From an uncultured Holophagales bacterium (lineage in GTDB: Bacteria; Acidobacteriota; Thermoanaerobaculia; Multivoradales; UBA5704), in assembly GCA_963842525.1 (NCBI GenBank), contig CAWJGT010000007.1:32001-96000 (forward strand): a DNA stretch of 64,000 bases. The letters are read 5' to 3'. The number at the start of each line of letters is the position of its first letter. The stretch's first letter is position 1. Below, piece after piece: positions 8,207 through 17,944 of this stretch. A program made the translations under genes and the position numbers. The notes beneath the pieces were generated by a model. That model was not told where the DNA came from, ran no database searches, and worked only from the letters and a program-made list of their open reading frames with translations.

Positions 8207-9916
8207 TTGATCCCACGCTCCGACCCATCCGCCCCGGCGTCCGCGCCGGATTCTGTGGCCGCCCCGCAGGCCGCTGTCCGGAGGGCTTGGCCGACCGCGC
8301 TCGTGCTGCTCGGGATCTCCCTCTACATGGTCTGTTTCTGGGTGCTCTGCGACGACCACTGGTGGCACATGCTCACGGGGCGGCTGGTGCTCGAGACCGG
8401 CCGGGTGCCTGCGGTCGATCCGTTCAGCTTCACGTTCCAGGGGGCTCCCTGGACGAACTGGGAGTGGCTTGCGGGGGTGCTGATGTACCTCGCCTGGTCG
8501 GCTGGCGGGGCGCTCGGGCTCACGGTCCTCCGGGCCGTCAGCCTCGGTGGGACGGTCTTTCTGGTCGTGCACCACTGGCGGCGGCGGGGAGGAGCTTTTC
8601 TGGGGGCGGGAGGCCGTGAGCTGGCGGCGCTGTTGGCTGGGTCCGCGCTGCTCCTCGTGGCCCAGGTGCGCACCGCCGACCGGCCGCACAGCTATGCGTT
8701 TCTGCTCCTGGCTGGCGCCCATGCTCTGGCCACCCGCCTGCGGGAACGATGGTCGGCCGGAGCCGCAGCCGGGCTCGTGGCGCTCTTCATCGTCTGGGTC
8801 AACTTCCACCCGTCGTGGATGTTGGGGATGGGCCTTTGCGGCGCGGTCTTTGCCGATGCCATATTGGCGGACCGGACAATCCGAAAGCGTCTTTTCGGGC
8901 TCGGCGCGGCGATGGCGGCTTCGGTGCTGCTGACGCCCAATCTCAGTCGCTTCTTCGGATCGGTCTCCGAGATTTTCGGCGACAAGGTCTCGGCGGAGTG
9001 GGACCCGGTCTGGAAATTCTTCTCGCTCACGCATGTACCGCTGATGGTTTTCCTGCTGATTGCGCTGGCCTGGGTCGTGAGCGTCGCCCGGAGCCTCCGT
9101 CCCGCAAAAGAGGTCTGCCAGCAACTCGTGCTGGCCGTTCTCCTGGTCCTCGCGTTCCGTCACGCCATGATGACGCCGGTGTTCGCCATCGCCGCCATTC
9201 CCTATCTTCGCTTCGATCTGTTGGGCTGGGGAGCCGTGGCGCGCCGGCTCACGCCGCGGACGGAGAGACTGGTGGCTCTCCTGCTGGCCGCCACCGTCCT
9301 CGCCCTGGCCCAGCGCGACATGCTCGGCCCTCTCGGGGTCGGCGTCGATCCGCGCACCAACCCGGTCGCGCAGACTGATTTTCTGAAAAGCCACGGCCTC
9401 GGCGGCCGGGTCTACTGCACGTCGAAGGAGGCCCACGGCTACGTGGCGTTCCGCCTCTGGCCGGCCGTGACCATTTACATCGACGGCCGGGTGCCGCAGG
9501 TCTTCCCGGCCTCCTTCCTGGAGAGGTATGCGCGGACGGGCGATCCGCAGGTGCTCGGCGCCGACATCGACCGCTACGGGATCGATCACGTCGTCATGCC
9601 GTCGGGCCTGTTCGCGCCGATCAATGTCCAGGTCTCGGACATCCTGCGCGCCCGGGGCGATTTCGCCCTGGTCTGGTTCGACGAGAACGGGGCCCTGTGG
9701 AGCAGGCGCCGTAACGTCGGCTGGCCCTGCCCGGATTGCCAGCCCTTCGAGGCTCTGGACCCCTATCTCCTCGCGCGGCCCGCACGGGAGAAGCTGCGGG
9801 ATTCGCCGGCGCTGCGCGGCGAGCTCGCCCGTCTGGAAGAGATCGGTGCCCGCAGTAAGCTCGCCCGCGATCTGGCGCAGGCTGTGCGGCAGGAAGCCGG
9901 AATCGGAGCTCCCTGA
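8207..9916 (+). CDS. Multi-pass membrane protein, GT-C glycosyltransferase-like
   Basis: DxWWHxxTGR, DPFSFT, WxNWEWL, WVNFH, YIDGR motifs; many TM helices. Confidence 0.75.
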   Translation: MIPRSDPSAPASAPDSVAAPQAAVRRAWPTALVLLGISLYMVCFWVLCDDHWWHMLTGRLVLETGRVPAVDPFSFTFQGAPWTNWEWLAGVLMYLAWSAGGALGLTVLRAVSLGGTVFLVVHHWRRRGGAFLGAGGRELAALLAGSALLLVAQVRTADRPHSYAFLLLAGAHALATRLRERWSAGAAAGLVALFIVWVNFHPSWMLGMGLCGAVFADAILADRTIRKRLFGLGAAMAASVLLTPNLSRFFGSVSEIFGDKVSAEWDPVWKFFSLTHVPLMVFLLIALAWVVSVARSLRPAKEVCQQLVLAVLLVLAFRHAMMTPVFAIAAIPYLRFDLLGWGAVARRLTPRTERLVALLLAATVLALAQRDMLGPLGVGVDPRTNPVAQTDFLKSHGLGGRVYCTSKEAHGYVAFRLWPAVTIYIDGRVPQVFPASFLERYARTGDPQVLGADIDRYGIDHVVMPSGLFAPINVQVSDILRARGDFALVWFDENGALWSRRRNVGWPCPDCQPFEALDPYLLARPAREKLRDSPALRGELARLEEIGARSKLARDLAQAVRQEAGIGAP

Positions 9917-9965
9917 AGCCCGGCCCGGCCGGGAACTTCTCTCGCCCCCACCCCGTCCAAAGGGC

Positions 9966-10001
9966 TTGACGAACGAACTTTCTAGTACTAACGTTCTAGT
10001 A
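9966..10001 (+). promoter_or_regulatory. Promoter with overlapping BlaI-type operator, probably leaderless
   Basis: TTGACG-17 nt-TAACGT; palindrome TACTA-acgttc-TAGTA at 9986-10001; ATG at 10005 with no RBS. Confidence 0.65.
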
Positions 10002-10004
10002 GAC

Positions 10005-10406
10005 ATGAAGACGACCCGAATTCTGACCGAGCAGGAGCTGGAGATCATGAAAGTGGTCTGGGAGCGGAAGACCGGCACCGTGCGCGATGTCTACGAGGCG
10101 CTGCGGGAGCGTAAGACGGTCGCCTACACCACGGTCATGACCATGATGAACATCCTTGAGAGCAAGGGACACCTGGTGAAGCGGCCCGAGGGACGCGCCT
10201 ATGTCTACGAGCCCTCTCAGACCCGTACGCAGGTGGTCGGCGGCATGGTCGAGGACTTCGTCGACCGCGTTTTCGACGGCGCGGCCCAGCCGCTGGTGCT
10301 GAGCCTGCTGCGGGAGCGGAAGCTGTCGAAGAGCGACCTGGAGGAGATCTCGCGTCTCATCGACGAGACACGCGACGAAGCCCCTGAGGAGGACCCGGAG
10401 CCATGA
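10005..10406 (+). CDS. BlaI/MecI/CopY family repressor
   Basis: LTEQELEIMKVVW, AYTTVMTMMNILESKG, RAYVYEP, VDRVFDG. Confidence 0.93.
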   Translation: MKTTRILTEQELEIMKVVWERKTGTVRDVYEALRERKTVAYTTVMTMMNILESKGHLVKRPEGRAYVYEPSQTRTQVVGGMVEDFVDRVFDGAAQPLVLSLLRERKLSKSDLEEISRLIDETRDEAPEEDPEP

Positions 10407-11677
10407 GCGCCTCGACCCTCGTCGCCGATCTGACCGCCTGGGCCTTGCAGAGCGCCTTGCTCCTGGGCATCGGCCTCCTGCTCCCGTCTCTCTTCCGGAT
10501 GCAATCCCCAAGGGCCTGCCTCGCGTACTGGCAGGGCCTGTTGCTCGCGGTCGTCCTGCTGCCCCTGCTCCAGCCCGACGCCGGCCGGCCGTTCTTCGTG
10601 GAGGGGGCCGTGGTCACTGTCACCGGCCGCTGGCTCGGCGGGCTCGCGGCGGCCGGCGCGGCCGAGGGGGCCTGGACCCTCCAGGGTCTTCTGCTCGTCG
10701 GGCTCGCGGCCGGAGCCCTCGGCCGTCTGGCCTGGCTGGGGCTCGGCCTCGGCGTGCTGCGCTCCTGGCGGCGGCACGCCCGGCCTGCCACGCTCGCCCC
10801 CGCGGTCGCCCAGGCTGTTGACCGCCTGGGGGATCGGGAGAGGAGAGCGCGCCTCCTCGTCTCGCCGCGGGTGGAGAGTCCGGTGACCTTCGGCTGGCGG
10901 CGGCCGGTCGTCCTGCTGCCCGGCGCCTTTCCGGAGCTGCCGCCCGCTGCGCAGAGTGGGATCATCTGCCACGAGCTGCTCCACGTCCGCCGCCGCGATT
11001 GGCTGTTCGCCCTCTTCGAGGAGGGGGTCCGTGCCCTCCTCTGGTTCCATCCGGGCGTCTGGATGCTCCTCTCCCGGATCGCCCTGAGCCGCGAGCAGGT
11101 CGTGGACCGCGAGGTCGTGCGCCTGACCGGCTCGCGCCGGGCGTATCTCGAAGCCCTGCGCGCCGTCGCCTGCCAGTCCTGGCAGACCGCAGTCCCCGGC
11201 CTGCCTTTCTTTCACCGTAGTCACCTGCGCGAGCGGGTGGCCCAACTCTGCAAGGAGGTCCCCATGTCGCGTCGTCGCATCGCTGGTCTCATCACCACCT
11301 TCGCCGGGCTGCTCGCCCTGACGGCGGTCCTCGGCATCCTCGCCTTTCCCATGACGGGTACAGCCTGGGCCGACGACAAGCCGGTCCGGGTCGGAGGCAA
11401 GGTCCAGCCGCCGAAGGTGCTGTCCAAAACACCACCGGAGTATCCGGACAGCGCTCGGAAGGACAAGGTGGAAGGCACCACTGTGCTCGATATCACCATC
11501 GACAAGCAGGGAAAGGTCAAGGACCCGACCGTCAAGCAGTCCTCTGGCCATGAGGATCTGGACAAGGCCGCCGTTGAAGCCTTCTCCGCCTGGCTCTTCC
11601 AGCCGGCGACCCTGGACGGCAAGCCGGTGGCGGTCTACTACACGATCACGATCAACTTCAGGCCCGAAGAGGAGTAG
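10403..11677 (+). CDS. M56 (BlaR1-type) metallopeptidase fused to TonB C-terminal domain
   Basis: SPVTFGWRRP, HELLHVRRRD, WFHP, REQVVD; C-terminal PEYP...LDKAAVEAFSAWLFQPA. Confidence 0.9.
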   Translation: MSASTLVADLTAWALQSALLLGIGLLLPSLFRMQSPRACLAYWQGLLLAVVLLPLLQPDAGRPFFVEGAVVTVTGRWLGGLAAAGAAEGAWTLQGLLLVGLAAGALGRLAWLGLGLGVLRSWRRHARPATLAPAVAQAVDRLGDRERRARLLVSPRVESPVTFGWRRPVVLLPGAFPELPPAAQSGIICHELLHVRRRDWLFALFEEGVRALLWFHPGVWMLLSRIALSREQVVDREVVRLTGSRRAYLEALRAVACQSWQTAVPGLPFFHRSHLRERVAQLCKEVPMSRRRIAGLITTFAGLLALTAVLGILAFPMTGTAWADDKPVRVGGKVQPPKVLSKTPPEYPDSARKDKVEGTTVLDITIDKQGKVKDPTVKQSSGHEDLDKAAVEAFSAWLFQPATLDGKPVAVYYTITINFRPEEE

Positions 11678-11796
11678 CGCCGCACACCTGCCCGAGACCT
11701 TCCGACCCATCGGGTCCCGGCCCCGAGGGCGTTCCATCGCGGAACGTCCCTTCCCATTTCAGAGCGTCGGCTACAATCCGTCGGTATACTCCCGGC

Positions 11797-12075
11797 ATGG
11801 ACCTGACTGCGTTTCCCGGCGGCGATCTCGTCCAGGAAGGTCTCGCGGATCTCGCCCGGGGCGACGAGACCATTCCCGCCCTGCTCGTCTCGATTGGCGC
11901 TCCCCGTCTGCGCCGTCTGGGTCTGCCGGTGCCGGACAACGTCTTCCCTTCTCCCGAGCACCGCCTCTACGACCGGCTTGCGGAGACCGACTCCGACTCG
12001 GCCCACTCCCGCTACAACGCCCTGGTGCGGCGGCTCGTCAGCTTCGAGAACACAGCGGAATGCGTCGGCCTGTAG
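11797..12075 (+). CDS. Small hypothetical protein, partner of the downstream nucleotidyltransferase
   Basis: PGGDLVQEGLADL...AHSRYNALVRRLVSFE; overlaps the next start. Confidence 0.7.
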   Translation: MDLTAFPGGDLVQEGLADLARGDETIPALLVSIGAPRLRRLGLPVPDNVFPSPEHRLYDRLAETDSDSAHSRYNALVRRLVSFENTAECVGL

Positions 12076-12617
12076 ACACGGAGCGGATCCGCCGTTTCAT
12101 GAAGACCTTGGGAGGCGAGGCGGACCGGGACGTCCGTCTCTATTTCACAGGAGGAGCCACGGCGGTCCTCCTAGGCTGGCGGCCGAGCACGATAGACGTG
12201 GACATCAAGATGGATCCTGAAGCCGACCGGCTTTTCCGGGCTCTTCCCCAGATCAAGGACCGGCTGGAGATCAATATCGAGCTGGCGGCTCCCGATCAGT
12301 TCATCCCCGAGGTCCCAGGCTGGAAGGAGCGCAGCGCGTTCATCGCAAGGGAAGGTCGGTTGTCCTTCTACCACTACGATTTCTATGCCCAAGCCCTGGC
12401 CAAGATCCAGCGTGGCCATGTCCAGGATCGCGTCGACGTCAGGGAAATGATCAGCCGCGGGTTGGTCGAGCCTGACGAGCTACGCAGGCGCTTCGAACAG
12501 ATCGAGCCGGAGCTCTATCGGTATCCGGCGATCGACCCCCCTGCTTTTCGCCAGGCTCTGGACGCAGCACTTTCAGAGTGGGACCTCGACGGCCCGTCTT
12601 ACCGCACCAACTCGTAG
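12060..12617 (+). CDS. DUF6036-like nucleotidyltransferase (TA-like module)
   Basis: YFTGGATAVLLGWRPSTIDVD, ALAKIQRG..QD..D. Confidence 0.75.
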   Translation: MRRPVDTERIRRFMKTLGGEADRDVRLYFTGGATAVLLGWRPSTIDVDIKMDPEADRLFRALPQIKDRLEINIELAAPDQFIPEVPGWKERSAFIAREGRLSFYHYDFYAQALAKIQRGHVQDRVDVREMISRGLVEPDELRRRFEQIEPELYRYPAIDPPAFRQALDAALSEWDLDGPSYRTNS

Positions 12618-12673
12618 AGCTCGTATCCATCCAGAATCTGGCGCTGCTGGACCGCGATCCGCGCCGGCCTCCC

Positions 12674-13314
12674 TCAGTGCGCCCGCTCCTCCTGCACCTG
12701 GCGCATTTGGGCGACGACCTCCTGGCCGCTGGAAAACAGGGTCGAAAGCTCGTTCCGGGCTTCGCCAGGGCCCGCCGGTCCGTCTCGGTCGTGAAGGTCC
12801 CTCGCGAGGTCAGTGCGTAGAACCGCACCCGGTCCTGAGCCGGGAGGGGGTGGGTGTTCGTCTTGGTCATGCGAGGGAGGGCTTTCTGGGTCAAGGCGAT
12901 GAGGTCCTTGGAGGCCTTGCGGATGCTCTCGTGGGACACTCCGCCGACCATGCCGCCGCCCGTTTTGTAGTAGACGCGGGCGTCGCCATCGGCGAAGCAG
13001 GCCAGCGTCACGACCGAATTCGGCATTCCCAGCTCCATCAGGAGACCGTAGGGCTCGTCCTCCTTGAAATCGCCGGGCAGGCCGAGCGTCTGCGGATTGG
13101 TCTCGAGCGCCTTGCGGCGCAGGTTCATGTAGATCGTTTCGGGCGGCTCTTCGACCTTCGCCACCTTCTGGACGACGGCGGCGCGCCCGCCCGGCCCCCC
13201 TTTGCCGGCTCCCGGGGAGCCGCCGGCCGCCTCGGCCTTCCTTTTCCGGACGTACCAGAGGACCGCGATGAGGACGATGACGCCGATGACCTGATAAGGA
13301 TGAATGTGCCGCAT
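12674..13314 (-). CDS. Hypothetical protein with N-terminal membrane anchor; frameshift near 12755
   Basis: MRHIHPYQVIGVIVLIAVLWYV..DGDARVYYKTGGG..; the alternative frame ends NELSTLFSSGQEVVAQMRQVQEERAH*. Confidence 0.7.
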
Positions 13315-13463
13315 GTGCTCTCTAGTGTGCTCTCGATAAAGGGGCCGCGCTCCGCACCCGCTCCGGATGCGCCGGCGAGGCCAGATGATTTGGTCCCTTC
13401 TAAGATCTTAGCGGAGATCGGGCGCCTGTGCCAGAGTCCTCCGCGTGCTCATCGCTCAGCCTT

Positions 13464-16139
13464 TTAGCTGCCTGATCGCCCCACCCCCAGCAGATTGGCA
13501 AACAGTCGGTAAGCCCCGGGCACTCCGGCGGGGAGCTGACGGAAGAAGGCGAGACCGGTGTAGACGTAATGGCCCTTGCCGAGCGGGGCGACGAGCAGGC
13601 CTCCCTTGAGCTCCGGCCCGCCCGGGTCGGCCATGGCGAGGAGCGGCACGTAGGCCGGATCCCAGGTGCGGGCGAAGTAGAGGCCCCTTTCCTGGATCCA
13701 GCCGTTCCAGTCCTCGGGCCGGATCTCGTTCGGCGTGTGGAAGACCGGGTGGGCCGGATCGAGGAGGGTTACCGGCGCGGTCTCGTCGGTCACCCTGTCG
13801 TGGGGCCGGGCGATCTCCAGCGGCAGCGGCGCGAGCTTCGCCTCGATGAAGGGGTATTGCTGGTATTGGACGATGACCAGGCCGCCGGCCCGGGCATAGT
13901 CCAGCAGGCGGGCATTGGCCCGCGCCAGCGCCGGATCGGTCTCGTAGGCCCGGCTGCCGATCACGATGACGTCGTAACGGCTCAAATCCCCTTCCAGGAG
14001 CGCGGCGGGGCCGAGCAGCTCCAGCGGGACGCCGGCCTGCTGGAGGAACTCCGGCACCCGGTCCGAGGCGCCGCGCACGTAGCCAACCCTCTTCAGGGGC
14101 GGCAGCTTCAGGTCCGTTGCGCTCAGGGCGACCTGCGCATGGGCCGGCCGGGGGGTGGGACGGATGTGCGGATAATCGATCACCGGCACGGCGAGGCTCG
14201 AGCGCTCTCCCGAATCTAGGATCGCCGCGAGGTCGACGCGGTAGCGGCCGGGCGCGAGGCCCGCGGGCGGCCGCAGCTCCACGACCAGCGCTTTTTCACC
14301 CTGTGGATCGAGGGTGAACGGCAGCGGTGCTGGGGGGGCTGGGGCCGGCCAGGTCTTGCCATTGCCCGTGATCGTGGCCTCCAGGCGGCCCTGGAGCGGC
14401 TCGGCGGCGTGAGAGGTCAGGATCACCTCGAGGCGGCGCGGCTCGCGGCGGGCCACCGGCCAGACCAGCAGGTCCTGGGCCGTGGCCACCTCCACCCGCG
14501 GCACCACCCGCAGCGGCCGCCGGATCTCGCCCAGGGCCTGGTCCCGGTGCTTGTGGACCACCTCGCGCTCCAGGGCCACGGGCACGCCGTCCACGGAGAA
14601 GACGAATTGGGCGGTCAGCAGCGGCGGCTCGAACGGCTCGCCGCGGTCGTCCGCGGACACGCCGCTCCAGTCGTAGAGGCCGCCGGCCATCGGTGCGGTC
14701 AGGAAGTAGGGGACCGACGGCGGGGCGCACGGCGGTACCGGCACCTTCACCTCCCAGCTCCCCAGGGCGCCGGCCGCGAGGTCCTTGGCCTCCACCTCCG
14801 GCACGGCGAAGACGGTGCATTGCAGGGACGCGTGGGGCAGCAGGCGCACCGCGGCGCCCTGGATGGGCAGGCCGCCGCTGTCCCAGAGGACCGCCTGGAC
14901 CGCGAACGTCTCGCCGGGGATGACGGTCTCGCGCCCGGTCGAGGCCTCGACCGCGATCCCCGCCGCCGCGGCGAGGCCGGTCTCGGCCACGTCGATCTTT
15001 TCGGCGATCAGCTCGCGGGCCGGCTGGTCTTCGGGGCGCGCGGCTTCGCCCAGGAAATAGTGTGCGGCCCGGAGGTGCTTCAGGGCCTCGATGAAGCCGG
15101 GCACCGCATCGCCGAGCCGTTCCGGCTGAAGGGCCTTGCGCGTCCGCTCCGCCACCGCCTCGGCAGCGTCCAGGTGCTCGCCCACGTGGCGCCGCCGCTC
15201 GGCGTCCGGAATGGTGTCGGCGATGGCCTTCAGGTGGGTGTCGATCCCCGCGAAGAGGCCCTTCGCGTCCTTGCCGGCGCCGCCTGCGACCCAGCCGGCG
15301 CGCGTGTCCTGCGGCCCCAGCTCCTGGAGGCGTCCCATGTCCTGCGAGCGGTGCATGCTGCGGCTGGCCGCGGCGAGCTGGTAGATCGACCGGCCGGACA
15401 GGGGGTCCACTCTGCCGATGGGCAGGGTCACGGTCGTCTGGTCGCGGTCGAAGGAGGTGGAGCGATAGAGGGCCTGCGGCGTCCAGGGGGCGAGCCCTTC
15501 GCGGGCGAGCTGCGGGAAGGCGCTGGCATCGCCCGCCAGAGGGTAGGCCTCGTGGGCGGTCACCCCCGCGGCCTGGTGCTGGCCGTGGTTGGGGTGAGGC
15601 ACCCCGGGGAAGACCGAGACGATCACCTGCGGCTTGAAGCGGCGGATCACCCGCACCGCGTCCTCCAGCAGGACCTCCTTGGGCCACAGCTTCAGGGTCT
15701 CCTCCAGCGAGCGCGTGTAGCCGAAGTCGTAGGCGCGGGTGAAGTACTGGCGTCCGCCGTCGATGCCGCGGGCGGCCAGCAGCTCGCGGGTGCGGATCAG
15801 GCCGAGGCCTACCCCCAGCTCCGGGCCGATCAGGTTCTGCCCTCCCTCGCCCCGGCTCAGCGACAGGTAGGCCGACTCCCCGCCCATGCCACGCGCCACC
15901 AGCGTCAGGAGCGACGTGTCCTCGTCGTCCGGATGGGCCGCGATCACCAGCAGGCGCTTGTGGGTGGTGAGTTTCGCCAACGCCCGCTCCGCCACCGCCA
16001 GGCCGCCCGTGGCCGGCGGCTCCAGGGGCGGCAAGGCCAGGTTGACCCCGGACGCTCCGGCGCGGCCGGAGAGCGCCAGCAGGGCGGGGAGGAGGAAGAG
16101 GATCGAGAGCAGGGAGAGAGATCGAATTCGGCGCGTCAT
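13464..16139 (-). CDS. Secreted PIG-L/LmbE family deacetylase with C-terminal accessory domains
   Basis: Signal peptide, AAHPDDED, RGEGGQN, HGQHQA, WIQERGLYF, FFRQLPAGVPGAYRLFAN. Confidence 0.92.
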   Translation of the reverse strand: MTRRIRSLSLLSILFLLPALLALSGRAGASGVNLALPPLEPPATGGLAVAERALAKLTTHKRLLVIAAHPDDEDTSLLTLVARGMGGESAYLSLSRGEGGQNLIGPELGVGLGLIRTRELLAARGIDGGRQYFTRAYDFGYTRSLEETLKLWPKEVLLEDAVRVIRRFKPQVIVSVFPGVPHPNHGQHQAAGVTAHEAYPLAGDASAFPQLAREGLAPWTPQALYRSTSFDRDQTTVTLPIGRVDPLSGRSIYQLAAASRSMHRSQDMGRLQELGPQDTRAGWVAGGAGKDAKGLFAGIDTHLKAIADTIPDAERRRHVGEHLDAAEAVAERTRKALQPERLGDAVPGFIEALKHLRAAHYFLGEAARPEDQPARELIAEKIDVAETGLAAAAGIAVEASTGRETVIPGETFAVQAVLWDSGGLPIQGAAVRLLPHASLQCTVFAVPEVEAKDLAAGALGSWEVKVPVPPCAPPSVPYFLTAPMAGGLYDWSGVSADDRGEPFEPPLLTAQFVFSVDGVPVALEREVVHKHRDQALGEIRRPLRVVPRVEVATAQDLLVWPVARREPRRLEVILTSHAAEPLQGRLEATITGNGKTWPAPAPPAPLPFTLDPQGEKALVVELRPPAGLAPGRYRVDLAAILDSGERSSLAVPVIDYPHIRPTPRPAHAQVALSATDLKLPPLKRVGYVRGASDRVPEFLQQAGVPLELLGPAALLEGDLSRYDVIVIGSRAYETDPALARANARLLDYARAGGLVIVQYQQYPFIEAKLAPLPLEIARPHDRVTDETAPVTLLDPAHPVFHTPNEIRPEDWNGWIQERGLYFARTWDPAYVPLLAMADPGGPELKGGLLVAPLGKGHYVYTGLAFFRQLPAGVPGAYRLFANLLGVGRSGS

Positions 16140-16375
16140 GTAGGCTCCAAGGGTCGCGGCAGCGAAGTCTAGCACCGGCAGGATGCCCCGCCGTTTGGAC
16201 GCGCCGCGCCATAGCGCCGTAGAAATCACAGCCAGGCAGACAACGCGCACCGGGAAAGCCCCGGTGCCGGGGAACCGGGAAGGCCCCGGTTCTGGTCGAG
16301 GTACGTACTTACGATCTGATCGACTCGAATGATGATCAAAGGTTCTGTTCGCTCGTGAGAGCAAGGAGAAGTCTC

Positions 16376-17848
16376 ATGTCCATCCGTAAACCCTGGATCC
16401 CGTCCGCGGTCTTCGTGCTGCTCGCCCTGGCCGTGGCCGTGACCCCTGCCTACTCTGCCGTCTTCCTCACCACCAAGCAGTCCGATTCTGTGGACGGTAC
16501 CTGCGACGCCGACTGCTCGCTGCGCGAGGCGATCGTCGCTGCCAATGCCTCCGACGGCGCCGACGTCATCCTGCTGGGCCCCGGCACCTTCGCCGTCTGC
16601 CCGTCCATCGGCGGAGGAGGGGAGGATCAGAATGCGAGTGTCGGCGATCTCGACATCGCCGAAGACCTCACGCTTTTCGGGTCCTCCGCGGAGAGCACGA
16701 TCCTCGAAGCGTGTAAGTCCGACCGGGTCCTGGAGGTCCTGTCCGGCGTCGAGGCGGAGATCGCGAATGTGACGATCCGCGGCGGCTTCACGTCCTTCAA
16801 CGGCGGCGGCATCCGCAACGCCGGCATCCTGACCCTGACGCGCAGCCTGGTCACTGGCAACGAGGCGACGCAGCAGGGAGGCGGCATCTGGACCGGCGGC
16901 ACCGGCAGCGAGCTGCACCTCCGCGAGAGCACCGTGTTCAACAACGTCGCCTTCGGCAAGGGCGGCGGCATCGCGGCGAACGGCCCCCTGGACGCCGTCA
17001 ACTCCACGATTTCCGGCAACCGCTCCGAGATTAGCGGCGGCGGCCTCTATTTCCTCCCGGATGTCGACGCCAATCTCTCCAACCTCACCATCACGGGCAA
17101 CTCGGCGGCGCTGTCCGGTGGCGGCATCCTGGCCGAGAGCGTGCCGTTCATCAGCGCCAACTATCCCGAGCTGCAGAGCTCGGTCGTCGCCGGCAACGCC
17201 GCGATCTTGTACCACGACTGCACGGGCTCGGTGGTCTCCCTCGGCGACAACCTGATCGGCGATGGCACCACGTGCATTGACTTCAGCCCCGCCAAGGGAG
17301 ACCAGGAGGGGACCACGGCCAGCCCGCTCGCCCCCAAGCTGGGCCCGCTGCTCGGCAACGGCGGCCCGACGCCGACTCATGCCGTGCTGGCCGGCAGCCC
17401 GGCTCTCAATGCCGGCGGCGCCTGCAAGCCGACCGACCAGCGCGGCCAGCCGCGCGACGCGCAGTGCGACACCGGCGCCTTCGAGGTGGGGACCGCCTGC
17501 GTCCAGGGCGGCTCGAACCTCTGCCTCGGCGACAACGGCCGCTTCAAGGTCACCGTGATATGGAGGACCGTCCAGACGTTCGGCCCTGGCCAGGCGGGCC
17601 GCCTCACACCAGACACCGGCTACTTCTGGTTCTTCAGCCCGACGAACGTGGAGCTGACGATCAAGGTCCTGAATGGCTGCTCACTCAACAACCGCTACTG
17701 GGTCTTCCTGAGCGGCCTGACCAACCTGGATTCCACCATCACGGTCACCGACACCGCGACAGGGCAGACCAAGACCTACACCAACCCGGCGAACACCACC
17801 TTCGTGACCCGTCTGGACACCAACGCCTTCGCCACCTGCGCCCCTTGA
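16376..17848 (+). CDS. CSLREA-domain secreted beta-helix protein with choice-of-anchor Q region
   Basis: Signal peptide, DCSLREAI, GGGI repeats, LGPLLGNGGPTPTH, DQRG, CDTGAFE; RBS AAGGAG. Confidence 0.88.
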   Translation: MSIRKPWIPSAVFVLLALAVAVTPAYSAVFLTTKQSDSVDGTCDADCSLREAIVAANASDGADVILLGPGTFAVCPSIGGGGEDQNASVGDLDIAEDLTLFGSSAESTILEACKSDRVLEVLSGVEAEIANVTIRGGFTSFNGGGIRNAGILTLTRSLVTGNEATQQGGGIWTGGTGSELHLRESTVFNNVAFGKGGGIAANGPLDAVNSTISGNRSEISGGGLYFLPDVDANLSNLTITGNSAALSGGGILAESVPFISANYPELQSSVVAGNAAILYHDCTGSVVSLGDNLIGDGTTCIDFSPAKGDQEGTTASPLAPKLGPLLGNGGPTPTHAVLAGSPALNAGGACKPTDQRGQPRDAQCDTGAFEVGTACVQGGSNLCLGDNGRFKVTVIWRTVQTFGPGQAGRLTPDTGYFWFFSPTNVELTIKVLNGCSLNNRYWVFLSGLTNLDSTITVTDTATGQTKTYTNPANTTFVTRLDTNAFATCAP

Positions 17849-17944
17849 CACCCCGAGCCGGGGAGGGCTTTTTCCCTCCCCGGCCGCCCCTACCCCGGAA
17901 AATTGCCTTGCCTTGGCGGTGCCCCCTCGGACAAACTGCGGGGC

